From Octopus vulgaris (taxonomy: Eukaryota), in assembly GCA_951406725.2 (NCBI GenBank), contig OX597838.1, forward strand, positions 10,478,001 through 10,542,000: DNA of 64,000 nt, in the 5' to 3' direction. The position numbers and the translations under genes are program-made. Within the stretch, counting starts at the first letter, position 1. The number at the start of each line of letters is the position of its first letter. This document shows, one piece after another, positions 54,283-64,000 of this stretch. Under the pieces are notes generated by a model. It did not search any database. It had not been told where the DNA came from and worked only from the letters and a program-made list of their open reading frames with translations.

Positions 54283-57200
54283 CCTTTCTGATATAGGCAC
54301 AAGGCCTGAAATTTGGTGGGGAAGGGACTAGTCAATTACATCAGCCCCAAGTGTTTCACTGGTACTTAATTTATCAACCCTAAAAGGATGAAAGGCGAAG
54401 TCGACCTCAGCAGAATCTGAACTCAGAAAATCATTTCTACTATAGGTACAAGGCCTGAAATTTTGGGGGGAGGGAGCAAGCCAATTGCATCGATCCCTAG
54501 AGTGTAACTGGTACTTATTTCATTGACCCTGAAAGGATGAAAGGCAAAACCAACTTCAACGGAATTTAAACGCAGAATGTAGCGATGGGCGAAATACCGC
54601 TAAGAATTTCATCTAGCGTGCTAATGGTTCAGTGAGCTTGTCACCTTAATATTTTGGTACAAGGCTTAGCAACTTAAGGGGAAAGGGTAAGTTGACCCCT
54701 GTCCTCAACTGGTACTTATTTTATCAATCCTGAAAGTATGAAAGGCCAAGTTGCCCATAGTAGAATTTGAACTCAGAACATAAAGACAAATGAAACTAGC
54801 GCTAAACATGTTATCCAGCATGCTTACAATTCTGCCAGCTGGCTACCTTAATAATAATCCTTTCTACCATAGGTACAAGGCCTGAAGCTTCAAGGACGGG
54901 GACTAGTGGGTTTTCATCAACTCCAGTGTTTCACCGGTACTTATTTTATCAACCCCAAAAGGATGAAAGGTAAAGTCGACCTTGGAAGAACTTGAACTCA
55001 GATCGTAAAGATGGACAAGATGCTGCTCAGCATTTTACCCTATGAGCCAACAATTCAGCCAGCTCACCACCTTAATAATGATAATCATCATCGTTTAGCG
55101 TCCGCTTTCCATGCTAGCATGGGTTGGACGGTTCAACTGGGGTCTGGGAAGCCAGAAGGCTGCACCAGGCCCAGTCTGATCTGGCAATGTTTCTACGGCT
55201 GGATGCCCTTCCTAACGCCAAACACTCCATGAGTGTAGTGGGTGCTTTTTACGTGCCAGACGAGTCTGGCAAACGGCCACGAACGGAAGGTGCTTTTTAT
55301 GTGCTACAGGCACGGGGGCCAGGCGAGGCTGGCAACGGCCACGAACGGGAAGGTGCTTTTTATGTGCTACAGGCACGGGGGCCAGGCGAGGCTGGCAATG
55401 GCCACGAACGGAAGGTGCTTTTTATGTGCTACAGGCACGGGGGCCAGACGAGGCTGGCAACGGCCACGAACGGAAGGTGCTTTTTATGTGCTACAGGCAC
55501 GGGGGCCAGGCGAGGCTGGCAATGGCCACGAACGGAAGGTGCTTTTTATGTGCTACAGGCACGGGGGCCAGGCGAGGCTGGCAATGGCCACGAACGGAAG
55601 GTGCTTTTTATGTGCTACAGGCACGGGGGCCAGACGAGGCTGGCAACGGCCACGAACGGAAGGTGCTTTTATGTGCTACAGGCACGGGGGCCAGGCGAGG
55701 CTGGCAATGGCCACGAACGGAAGGTGCTTTTTATGTGCTACAGGCACGGGGGCCAGGCGAGGCTGGCAACGGCCACGAACGGAAGGTGCTTTTTATGTGC
55801 TACAGGCACGGGGGCCAGGCGAGGCTGGCAATGGCCACGAACGGAAGGTGCTTTTTATGTGCTACAGGCACGGGGGCCAGGCGAGGCTGGCAATGGCCAC
55901 GAACGGAAGGTGCTTTTTATGTGCTACAGGCACGGGGGCCAGACGAGGCTGGCAACGGCCACGAACGGAAGGTGCTTTTTATGTGCTACAGGCACGGGGG
56001 CCAGACGAGGCTGGCAACGGCCACGAACGGAAGGTGCTTTTTATGTGCTACAGGCACGGGGGCCAGGCGAGGCTGGCAATGGCCACGAACGGAAGGTGCT
56101 TTTTATGTGCTACAGGCACGGGGGCCAGACGAGGCTGGCAACGGCCACGAACGGAAGGTGCTTTATGTGCTACAGGCACGGGGGCCAGACGAGGCTGGCA
56201 ACGGCCACGAACGGAAGGTGCTTTTTATGTGCTACAGGCACGGGGGCCAGGCGAGGCTGGCAATGGCCACGAACGGAAGGTGCTTTTTATGTGCTACAGG
56301 CACGGGGGCCAGACGAGGCTGGCAACGGCCACGAACGGAAGGTGCTTTTTATGTGCTACAGGCACGGGGGCCAGGCGAGGCTGGCAATGGCCACGAACGG
56401 AAGGTGCTTTTTATGTGCTACAGGCACGGGGGCCAGACGAGGCTGGCAACGGCCACGAACGGAAGGTGCTTTTTATGTGCTACAGGCACGGGGGCCAGAC
56501 GAGGCTGGCAACGGCCACGAACGGAAGGTGCTTTTTATGTGCTACAGGCACGGGGGCCAGGCGAGGCTGGCAATGGCCACGAACGGAAGGTGCTTTTTAT
56601 GTGCTACAGGCACGGGGGCCAGGCGAGGCTGGCAACGGCCACGAACGGAAGGTGCTTTTTATGTGCTACAGGCACGGGGGCCAGGCGAGGCTGGCAATGG
56701 CCACGAACGGAAGGTGCTTTTTATGTGCTACAGGCACGGGGGCCAGGCGAGGCTGGCAATGGCCACGAACGGAAGGTGCTTTTTATGTGCTACAGGCACG
56801 GGGGCCAGACGAGGCTGGCAACGGCCACGAACGGAAGGTGCTTTTTATGTGCTACAGGCACGGGGGCCAGGCGAGGCTGGCAATGGCCACGAACGGAAGG
56901 TGCTTTTTATGTGCTACAGGCACGGGGGCCAGGCGAGGCTGGCAATGGCCACGAACGGAAGGTGCTTTTTATGTGCTACAGGCACGGGGGCCAGGCGAGG
57001 CTGGCAATGGCCACGAACGGAAGGTGCTTTTTATGTGCTACAGGCACGGGGGCCAGGCGAGGCTGGCAACGGCCACGAACGGAAGGTGCTTTTTATGTGC
57101 TACAGGCACGGGGGCCAGACGAGGCTGGCAACGGCCACGAACGGAAGGTGCTTTTTATGTGCTACAGGCACGGGGGCCAGGCGAGGCTGGCAATGGCCAC

Positions 57201-58638
57201 GAACGGAAGGTGCTTTTTATGTGCTACAGGCACGGGGGCCAGGCGAGGCTGGCAACGGCCACGAACGGAAGGTGCTTTTTATGTGCTACAGGCACGGGGG
57301 CCAGGCGAGGCTGGCAATGGCCACGAACGGAAGGTGCTTTTTATGTGCTACAGGCACGGGGGCCAGGCGAGGCTGGCAATGGCCACGAACGGAAGGTGCT
57401 TTTTATGTGCTACAGGCACGGGGGCCAGACGAGGCTGGCAATGGCCACGAACGGAAGGTGCTTTTTATGTGCTACAGGCACGGGGGCCAGACGAGGCTGG
57501 CAATGGCCACGAACGGAAGGTGCTTTTTATGTGCTACAGGCACGGGGGCCAGGCGAGGCTGGCAATGGCCACGAACGGAAGGTGCTTTTTATGTGCTACA
57601 GGCACGGGGGCCAGGCGAGGCTGGCAACGGCCACGAACGGGAGGTGCTTTTTACGTGCCACTGGCATGGGGGCCAGGTGAGGCTGGCTGATTTCAAATTT
57701 TAGCACAGGGCCAGTGAGTTCAAGGAAGTGGGGTAAAGTTGATACATCGACCCCAGTTGCTCAACTGGTACCCTTTTTATTGACCACGAAAGGTATGAAA
57801 AGCAAAGACAACCTTGGTGGAATTTGAACTCACAATGTGAAGATGCACGAAATGCTACAAAGCATTCTGTCTGGCTTGCTAACGATTCTGCCAGCTTGCC
57901 ACCTTAACCCTTTCGTTACCAACCCGGCTGAAACCGGCTCTGGCTCTGAGTACAAATGCCTTGTTTTTGTAAGTTTTGAATTACAATCTCCCACCAAACC
58001 TTAGTCACAATTTATGTTCCTAACACTAGCTTAATGATAACTAAGTTATTTTACTAAATTCTTTGTTATATTTAAAGTAATTCAAAGAAACACAGAGCAT
58101 CTCAAAATAAATACAGTCATGAAAGGGTTAATAAGAATAATAATACTAATAATAAATATTGTGACATTAATGCTTTTCAACAAGGAACTGAAAATGGATC
58201 ACAGAGATTAGAGTCAGCTTTAAATTGCTCGTTACCAATCCCACAGATGAACAGAAATGAGCTTCGTTCAAAGTGAGCAAAACAAAATGTTGCAGATCTG
58301 TCCTATAAAGATCAACATTTATAAATTCATAAATTATAAATCTGAACCCTAGGTTAAACATGATTAGAATAAAATCCAACATTTCATGAATTTTGAATTA
58401 AAACATTTAAAAGAAAAATTAAAAAAAGGAAAAAGAAAAACATAGGTGCTTTCTCTCTCTCTCTGGATGATCAAACTAAAAAAAATTTACAAAATTAGTG
58501 GAAAGGAAGGTAACATTATCAGCCTGAAAGCTGTTTCATGCCAAGAATTCCAGACTATGAAGAACCGTGAAAGAAAAAAACAGAAAATGATTACCTCAAT
58601 TGGATAGCAACCAATGTAAATAATTTATAGTAAAAAAA

Positions 58639-58673
<35 letters not shown>

Positions 58674-58981
58674 TGATAATGATGAAGATGATAATGATGA
58701 AGATGATAATGATGAAGATGATGATGATGATATTGATGGAGTAAATTTTCAGTCTCTCCCTTGATATTCTGGCAGCTGAAATTATAGGCAACATTTTACA
58801 GAAAAGAGGGGTGGCGAGGCGAGGAGTGAAAGAAAGAAAGAGGGAGGAAGGAAGGAAGATACAAGGAAACAGAAAATCAAGGGGGAAATGAAACTGAAAT
58901 AGATTTTATAAAAAAAAGGGAAACTTCATCTCTAACCAAGTAGTATAAGATGGCCACAAGATGGAATTCACAGCTTTTCTA

Positions 58982-59017
<36 letters not shown>

Positions 59018-60272
59018 CTTTTCTATTACAGACACAAGGCCTGAAGTTTTGGAGGAGGGGAGTAGTTGATTACATTGACCCCCAGTGTTTCACTGGTACT
59101 TAATTTATCGACCCTGAAAGGATGAAAGGCAAAGTCAATCTCGGCAGAATTTGAACTCAGAACATAGCGACAGGTAAAATACCACTAAGCATTTTGACCA
59201 GCATCCTAACAATTCTGCCAGCTTGCAACCTTAATAATAATAACAACAACAGCAGCAGAACATTCTGATTTAAGTTTACACTAAATTTAGAGCATGTTTT
59301 CAGACAATGTAAGAACATTCCATCACTGTCCAAGTAACCACCATACATGTGTGTATGTAATCAATTAGTTTTTACATCAGCATTTTCTATGCCTGCATGG
59401 GTTGGATGAGACTTGTTGAGGCAGTGTTCTACGGCCAAATTCCCTTCCCTGCCAAGCTGTGGTTAAGGAGTTTGCTTCCTAGCCGCATCATCGTTTAACG
59501 TCCGCTTTCCATGCTATCATGGGTTGGACCATGGTTTCAAATTCAGTCCCATTGTGCATCACCTGGGGCAAGTGTCTTCAACTAAAGCTTCAGACTGGCC
59601 AACATTTTCTGAATGGATTTGGTAGATGGAAACTGAAAGAAGCCCATCGCGCATGTGTGTCTCCCACCTCGAGATGACATCATGTGATAATGGTAAATGC
59701 ATATCCCTGTCATATTACTGTAGAAACCAAGTCAAAACAGACTATGGGACCAGGTTCAGCCCCTGGCCTTGCCAGTTCCTATCAAGCTGTCCAACCCATG
59801 CCAGCATGGAAAGCAGATGTTAAATGTTGATGATGATGATGATGGTATTCCAGTTGAACTTTCATTAGGAAAATGGCAATCACCCTATATCTGAGTGTTA
59901 CCTTATACTGTGGTTTCAATAGTTTCATATCAGATCTGATAGCAATTACTAATCAGATTACAGATGATATAATTGAACGATGAACCTATTATCTCGAAAG
60001 TTTTTAATTGGAAGTGGGGGGTGGGAGGGGAGTTTTTAACCTGACTGCACTATCAGTTGAAGAACTTAAGAAAAAAAGAAATTGAAGAGCTTGGTATATT
60101 GTATCAGGAGATGAAATAATACAGGCTAACATAAACACAGATGTGGCTGTGCAGCCCAGAAGTTTGCTTCTCAACCACTTAGGGTTCCGTCCTACTGCAT
60201 GTCACCTTGGGCAATGTCTTCAGAAGTAGCTTTGGGTTGACCAAAGCCTTGAGTGGATTTGCTAGATTAAAA

Positions 60273-60304
<32 letters not shown>

Positions 60305-62052
60305 CCATGTTCTGACATTGCATAATTGTTGTAAATGCATGTCAATCATTTCCAATACTCAGCAAAAATATGTTTGGTAATGGGGAAATATTACCTTTCT
60401 TGGAAACAAGGGTTTGCAGCAGGAAGGATGCCTGGCCATAGACTCATACAAGCATGGAAGAATGGACATTAAAACAATGATGCAGCTGCTGCTAACATAT
60501 TGCAGGCTATGCAGCTTAATGTTAGTTTCTACTTCATCATGCAGCATGATGACAATATATCTCTCTTCTGCCTGCCAATTCTGGTGACAATTCTGAAAGA
60601 CCTTTGAAGCTGAGCATAATCACACAAAATTGGCTGATAAGACTGATACCCTCACCCACATTGGCAGAGAGAGCCTTGTCTTTTAACAGAAATGATCATT
60701 ATGGTCAAACTTACAATGCCCTGAAAGGACAGACTTCACATTTCTTGCCAACTGGAAAGGAAAAAAACCCAAAAAACCCCAAAAATGACAAATACAAAGA
60801 CTTGGTTGATGAGGCTCTTGTTAAAAGATGGTATGCAGCCTCATTCCTCATTGAAGTCAGCTGCTGCAGTTTTCTAGCAAGATCATTTTGTTATTTCTTA
60901 CAAAAGACTGATTTAGAACAAAAACAACTGAAGAAAGCCACTAAGGAGACAGCCATGGCAGGCAAAAGCTGAGACCAGCTCAAGATAGTTGTAGATGACA
61001 AGAGACAACACATGGAACCCTTCTGTAGGTGAAGGCTAATGCAGCACTTTGCTACCCAACTCAGGAGAAGCATACAGCACAAGGGGAAAACCACTTTTCT
61101 AGCAAGATCATTTTGTTATTTCTTATACTTGTGACCCTGAGACACATCAACCCCTATAAAAGCACAAGGCCTGATATTTGGTGGGGAAGGGACTAGTCAA
61201 TTACATTGACCCCCAGTATTTCACTGGTACTTAATTTATCAACCCTAAAAGGATGACAGGCAAAATTCATCTCGGCAGAATTTAAACTCAGAACGTAGCA
61301 GCAGACGAAATACTGCTAAACATTTTGTCTGGTATGCTAACAATTCTGCCAGCTCGATAATGATAATGATAAAATTATTTGATGATGATCCCTGGCTTAC
61401 AATCCATGCAAGAAGTGCAGAAAGACTGTTTTAACTGCTATGTCACATCCATTGTCGCTGTACATTTTCTTTCCTTTTTCCTCCTTTATTTTCTGATTTC
61501 TTTTTCATTATTTTTTCTTTCCTTTTCCTTTCTTCCTATTTTTTACCATGACTTTGTAAATGAACAATCTAGTGTGTTTATTTTAATGGCCCACCAATAT
61601 AGCTTCTTTGCTCTAGGTGTCGGGAAGACGCTCTAGGTGTCGAGAAGACACTCAGCAAGAAATGGAAACAAAATGGAATGATGATGATGATGATGATAAT
61701 AATAATAGTAATAATAACAATAATAATAATAGTAATAATAATAATAATAGTAATAATAATAATAAAGAACTATTACTACCCATGTATTGTAATTTAACTT
61801 TAAAAAAAAAATGAACGAACTAGTGAGTTTAGTTTAATGGCCTACCAATGTATACTATGAGTTTCTTTGCCCTAGGAGTCGGGAAGACACTCGGCAAGAA
61901 ATGGAAGCAAATTTGAAAGAAGAAAAAAAAAGATAATAATATTAATAATAACAACCAACTTACCCCCATTGCTTTGGGGTGATCTTTGGGAACATTCACT
62001 CTGAGGTAATATGAGGGCTGCACCTTTGACTGTGAAATAATTTTCACTAAAA
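16515..62052 (-). CDS. SSH: Protein phosphatase Slingshot (cofilin dual-specificity phosphatase); 5' end lies outside the window
   Basis: Exons on -: 61964-62052, 52316-52380, 49902-50089, 49074-49139, 41458-41592, 39446-39508, 36363-36453, 34575-34750, 32683-32829, 31212-31272, 29719-29858, 27275-27360, 25207-26353, 21949-22193, 18173 down to about 16515. Motifs: [80 protein letters not shown]. Confidence 0.95.
17704..18173 (-). CDS. SSH: SSH last large exon, first frame ([16 protein letters not shown]...); TAA at 17704-17706
   Basis: ttttctag acceptor, phase 1 fits the previous exon. Confidence 0.78.
18990..19390 (+). mobile_element. Degenerate non-LTR retrotransposon RT C-terminal fragment
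   Basis: [26 protein letters not shown] / [17 protein letters not shown]; frameshifted. Confidence 0.8.
19410..21870. repeat. About 2.4 kb compound (AT/AC, ATAC) microsatellite array
   Basis: Directly visible; source of the spurious Y/I/H/T and C/M/Y/V ORFs. Confidence 0.97.
21949..22193 (-). CDS. SSH: SSH tail exon (RSSCHDL...RSSSLGSER...GGSVRMKTI)
   Basis: (ct)n-cag acceptor, A|gtaagt donor, phase 2-1. Confidence 0.85.
23569..23886 (-). mobile_element. tRNA-derived SINE (same family as 8535 and 29072)
   Basis: Reverse-complement match to that family, with A/B boxes. Confidence 0.8.
24069..24429 (-). mobile_element. Non-autonomous Helitron
   Basis: On -: 5' TC start, 3' GC hairpin CCCGAGCAACGCCGGG then CTAG; sits between A and T, no TSD. 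Confidence 0.72.
25207..26353 (-). CDS. SSH: SSH large disordered-tail exon (1147 nt)
   Basis: ttttgcag acceptor, AG|gtacat donor, open frame, S/T/E-rich, phase 1-2. Confidence 0.88.
26565..26637 (+). tRNA. tRNA-Val(AAC), 5'-damaged (probable retro-pseudogene)
   Basis: D arm GTGtagtggttatCAC; anticodon stem TCTGC/GCAGA with loop TTAACAC (AAC at 26598-26600); T arm GCGAG-TTCGAAA-CTCGC; 3' TGGAACC. Acceptor pairs 1:72 and 3:70 mismatch because the 5' end is (GAT)n. Confidence 0.8.
27275..27360 (-). CDS. SSH: SSH exon ([15 protein letters not shown]...)
   Basis: tttcag acceptor, G|gtgaga donor, phase 2-1 fits both neighbours. Confidence 0.85.
27577..28320. mobile_element. piggyBac-type MITE split by a LINE insertion
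   Basis: TTAA-CC...GGG-TTAA ends; the two halves match the intact copy at 57904-58131. Confidence 0.8.
27743..28259 (-). mobile_element. 5'-truncated RTE-type LINE (ORF end VREKTRQDK* + 3'UTR + (GAT)n)
   Basis: Longest copy of the (GAT)n-tailed family in the window; interrupts a piggyBac-type MITE. Confidence 0.7.
29072..29455 (+). mobile_element. Young tRNA-derived SINE inserted in a piggyBac-MITE remnant
   Basis: A box TGGCCCAGTGG, B box GTTTCGATTCC, CpG-rich; TSD AATAGTTTGGCT / AATAGATTGGCT. Confidence 0.85.
29719..29858 (-). CDS. SSH: SSH DSP C-terminal exon (VIAYKMKE...[27 protein letters not shown])
   Basis: caacag acceptor, AG|gtaagt donor. Confidence 0.93.
31212..31272 (-). CDS. 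SSH: SSH catalytic-loop exon ([16 protein letters not shown])
   Basis: HCx5R motif; ttttccag acceptor, ACT|gtaagt donor. Confidence 0.95.
32111..32533 (+). mobile_element. tRNA-derived SINE with internal (TA)/(TG) tract and AAGAGTA tail
   Basis: GGCTGTGTGGTAAG head, GGTTCAGTCCC B box; copies at 14884-15245(+), 30770-31185(+), 35863-36249(-), 37060-37463(-), 49268-49690(-). Confidence 0.85.
32683..32829 (-). CDS. SSH: SSH DSP exon ([22 protein letters not shown]...HWKRTHEFI)
   Basis: tttcag acceptor, AA|gtaagt donor. Confidence 0.94.
32906..33132. mobile_element. piggyBac-type MITE, second family
   Basis: TTAA TSD, CCCTTTAG terminal inverted repeats. Confidence 0.8.
34575..34750 (-). CDS. 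SSH: SSH exon (LRNMLEE...[30 protein letters not shown])
   Basis: tttcag acceptor, GG|gtgagt donor; start of DSP domain. Confidence 0.94.
36363..36453 (-). CDS. SSH: SSH DEK-C exon ([18 protein letters not shown])
   Basis: ttgtag acceptor, GAG|gtaaga donor. Confidence 0.9.
36598..36890 (-). mobile_element. CR1-type LINE 3' fragment
   Basis: [21 protein letters not shown]; (ATT)n tail. Confidence 0.75.
37060..37463 (-). mobile_element. tRNA-derived SINE
   Basis: Same family as 32111-32533, reverse orientation. Confidence 0.85.
38992..39359 (+). mobile_element. Non-autonomous Helitron
   Basis: A|TC start; hairpin ACTATGACCCGGCAACGCTGGGTCATAGT; CTAG|T end. Confidence 0.75.
39446..39508 (-). 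CDS. SSH: SSH exon ([21 protein letters not shown])
   Basis: ctccttcag acceptor, GA|gtaagt donor, phase 2-2. Confidence 0.88.
39602..40131 (+). mobile_element. Two tandem 3' fragments of an RLE-type (R4/Dong-like) non-LTR element within (AAT)n
   Basis: [10 protein letters not shown]...[18 protein letters not shown]; each copy is preceded by (AAT)n. Confidence 0.7.
41130..41363 (-). mobile_element. Short SINE-like repeat
   Basis: Near-identical family member of 6797-7018. Confidence 0.75.
41458..41592 (-). CDS. SSH: SSH exon (SALQSLHKV...WVGYY...SCIKEW)
   Basis: ttccag acceptor, TG|gtaagt donor. Confidence 0.92.
42781..43863. mobile_element. Fold-back / inverted-duplicated MITE between (TA)n tracts
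   Basis: Arms 42781-43209 and 43332-43761 are reverse complements; spacer 43211-43333 is repeated directly at 43741-43863. Confidence 0.85.
43879..44088 (+). mobile_element. RTE LINE ORF C-terminal fragment
   Basis: [12 protein letters not shown]...[12 protein letters not shown] motif. Confidence 0.8.
44586..45183 (-). mobile_element. Non-autonomous Helitron
   Basis: CTAG end with CCCGGGCAACGCCGGG hairpin; TC start with (CTGT)n near the 5' end. Confidence 0.7.
45841..46185. repeat. (TCTA/TCTG)n plus (TA/CA)n microsatellite inside a SINE
   Basis: Directly visible. Confidence 0.9.
46499..47644. mobile_element. Non-autonomous Tc1/mariner-pogo-type DNA transposon (about 1.15 kb)
   Basis: TA|CTGTAAAAACCCATGTAATTT...AAATTACATGGGTTTTTACGG|TA; no transposase ORF. 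Confidence 0.78.
49074..49139 (-). CDS. SSH: SSH exon ([22 protein letters not shown])
   Basis: tttcag acceptor, TG|gtacgt donor. Confidence 0.92.
49268..49690 (-). mobile_element. tRNA-derived SINE
   Basis: Same family as 32111-32533, reverse orientation. Confidence 0.85.
49902..50089 (-). CDS. SSH: SSH exon (AVKLES...EESIMLGID...IGLVLPIW...LDGDG)
   Basis: ccctaag acceptor, GG|gtaagt donor; SSH-N domain. Confidence 0.93.
50265..50490. repeat. 15-bp polypurine tandem repeat (GAAAAGAGGGAGAGA)n, about 14-15 units
   Basis: Directly visible. Confidence 0.92.
52316..52380 (-). CDS. SSH: SSH exon ([22 protein letters not shown])
   Basis: tttcag acceptor, GTG|gtatg donor; SSH-N motif. Confidence 0.92.
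52807..53420 (-). mobile_element. Decayed LINE ORF1/gag-like fragment with degenerate CCHC knuckle
   Basis: [19 protein letters not shown] (C-x2-C-x4-H-x4-C with the first Cys lost); flanked by low-complexity T/N-rich sequence. Confidence 0.55.
55084..55288 (-). mobile_element. RTE-type LINE 3' end with (GAT)n tail, host of the 62-bp array
   Basis: Same tail as copies at about 5944, 27743, 31463, 35290, 38695 and 51972. Confidence 0.75.
55289..57687. repeat. 62-bp minisatellite, 38 full units plus degenerate end units
   Basis: Unit GGTGCTTTTTATGTGCTACAGGCACGGGGGCCAG(G/A)CGAGGCTGGCAA(T/C)GGCCACGAACGGAA. Confidence 0.97.
57904..58131. mobile_element. piggyBac-type MITE, intact
   Basis: TTAA|CCCTTTCGTTAC...GTCATGAAAGGG|TTAA. 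Confidence 0.82.
60640..61090 (+). mobile_element. Degenerate RLE-type (Hero/NeSL-like) non-LTR C-terminal fragment
   Basis: [26 protein letters not shown] resembles the RLE 'KY..L...GW....P.EVG.RGF' motif. Confidence 0.55.
61964..62052 (-). CDS. SSH: SSH exon ([18 protein letters not shown]...)
   Basis: ctccag acceptor, G|gtaagt donor; conserved SSH N-terminal motif. Confidence 0.92.
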
Positions 62053-62699
62053 CTGGAGTGAAAAATAAAAAGAGAAAAGAATATTTTGATTATTATGACA
62101 GTCAATAAAAATTAATTTAAATTCTTGTAATATTTTAAACAACAACAAAACCATCTTTTTTCTTTTTTTCTTACATAGAAATGAAAAAAACAGATTATAA
62201 ATATACACACAAGTGCATGAGAGAGAGAGTGAGAGGGAGAGAGATAAAGATAGACAAATGTCACCCATGCCACGAAAGCATATTGCTGAAAAATCTTGCA
62301 GCAACACAGAATAACATAGAAATCAATGAGAAAAAATAGGTGTTGCATTATGGAATTCTATGATAATGCTTCAGTAATGTAGGTTATGTTTATATATATA
62401 TATATATATATATAGTGCCATCTTGGCAGTTCCCTTTCTTAATGCTGATGGTCAGAGACTGTGGATCTATCCACCATTTCTTTCACCGATTCCTGATTCT
62501 GGCTATGGTTATCTATTCAGGCAGAGATCTTCCGAATCATTCACAGATGTTGTCCAGCCAGCATCTTCCCAGACTCCTCCACTTTCCTTGTTTTCTTTTG
62601 AGACGTCCCTCTAAGACGTGTATCCAGGTCACGAGACTTAATGACATGCCCAAAATACTGGAGCTTTCCCTGTGTTTCATGTGTGCATGCATGCTAGAA

Positions 62700-63020
62700 G
62701 GTGCATGGCTTAGTGGTTAGTGTATTCAGCTCACAATCGTAAGATCATGATTTCGATGCCCTGCGGCACGTTGGGTCCTTGACCAGGACACTTTATTTCA
62801 CATTGCTCTGTTCACCCAGGTGGCAAAAAATGAGTTGTTCTTGTATATCGAAGGGCCAGCCTGGTCACATTCTGCATCAAGCTGAATCTCCCTGAGAACT
62901 ATGTTAAGGGTATATGTGTCTGTGGAGTGCTCAGCCACTTGCACGTTAATATTATGAGCAGGATGTTCAGTAGATTGAATCAACAGGAACCCTCATCGTC
63001 ATAACCAATGGAGTGCCAGT
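62700..63020 (+). mobile_element. tRNA-derived SINE (same family)
   Basis: TGGCTTAGTGGTTAG head; GGAACCCTC...GGAGTGCCAG tail. Confidence 0.75.
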
Positions 63021-63162
63021 CTATGAATATATATATATATATATATATAGTCAATAATAATAATAAGAGTAAAATTAATTAATTAGTAATTAATAATTTT
63101 ACCAAGCAGAGTTCAGTATGTAAAATGACCATTTACGGTATATTTAAAACATTACTTTATAT

Positions 63163-63459
63163 AATTAAGGTTCAATAAAAAAAAATTTACTTTACCACAC
63201 ATGGAACTTTTATAAATAGCAGCCAAAGAATTTAGCTATTTCCTCTAGTATAAGAAGAATCTCCCAGACAATGTATACTCAAAAACAATTCACATAGACA
63301 TAGAGGGAAAAATAACGAAAGATCCCTTGTTTTTGAGTAAACATTGTCTGGGTGACTCTTCTTATGGTAGAGGAAATAGCTGAATTCTTTGAATTCTTTG
63401 GCTGCTATTTCTAAAAGTTCAGTGTGTGGTAAAGTAAATTTTTTTGATGAACCCTAATT
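63163..63459. repeat. Imperfect inverted repeat (arms of about 126 bp), fold-back MITE-like
   Basis: 63163-63288 vs 63327-63459; (TA)n tracts on both sides. Confidence 0.8.
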
Positions 63460-63565
63460 AAATAAAGTATATATAGTATATATATATATATATATACATA
63501 CATATGGGAGAATTTGTTTTTGAAAATGCCCCTGAATTTGAAAAATGTTCAGCAAAGAATATAAG

Positions 63566-63997
63566 AAATGTACATTACTAAAATTTTGGTCATATTGAGT
63601 TTTTATAGAATACATGGACAAGAGAGAGAAAAAGGAATAGGAGAAACCCACTACCAATCAAAACCTGTTCCTATGTCTACGGAACCAATCAACCAAAACC
63701 CTAATGCAGAAACAAAATCTATTTTTTGACCAAAAACATCCACCAGAAAGAATATATGTCATCAAAATTATAATGAATCAGAAATTAGATTCTTTTGTGT
63801 AAAAACATATATACACAAGATATTCTCCGATTCCCCAAAAACTCTGTTAAAAGCGAAAAGACCAGAATGCGACAGAAAAAAGAACTACACAAAAGAAACA
63901 GTTAAAAATTCCCATTTTTTCTCCTTTTCTTTTCTCCCTCTTGTCCATGTTTTCTATAAAAACTCAATTATGACCAAATTTTTAGTAACGTACATTT
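63566..63997. repeat. Imperfect inverted repeat (arms of about 80 bp or more; may extend beyond the window)
   Basis: 63566-63646 vs 63918-63997. Confidence 0.7.
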
Positions 63998-64000
63998 ATC

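Noticed and set aside
55289-57687. CRISPR-like array
   Set aside because: No unique spacers, contiguous tandem units, no cas genes, eukaryotic context.
55124-57703. Three overlapping ORFs of 750-860 aa on +
   Set aside because: A stop-free 62-bp unit cycling through frames; antisense to both the host LINE and SSH; no domain.

Overview
AT-rich, repeat-dense eukaryotic (animal) genomic DNA. The SINE/LINE families and microsatellite load resemble an Octopus-like cephalopod (my inference, not database-checked). Two convergent spliced genes could be rebuilt by hand, each with GT-AG junctions and consistent exon phases. (1) The 3' part of an eIF4G1/3-type translation initiation factor on + (10 exons, 158-10906; MA3 and W2 domains; stop at 10904-10906), followed by about 3.8 kb almost free of transposons that is probably 3'UTR. 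(2) A Slingshot (SSH) cofilin phosphatase on - (at least 15 exons from 62052 down to about 16515; SSH-N, DEK-C, and DSP with HCKMGISRS; long disordered tail). Its first exon lies beyond the window and its last large exon has a reading-frame break. The introns hold tRNA-derived SINEs, RTE, CR1 and RLE-type LINE fragments, piggyBac, hAT and TA-flanked MITEs, non-autonomous Helitrons, fold-back inverted repeats, a 2.4 kb TA/CA microsatellite, and a 38 x 62-bp satellite grown inside a LINE 3'UTR. The long ORFs at 19.4-21.9 kb and 55.1-57.7 kb are repeat artefacts. The most notable oddities are a tRNA-Val fused to a LINE tail, an in-frame duplicated partial exon in eIF4G, the SSH frame break, and a near-perfect 430-bp inverted repeat.
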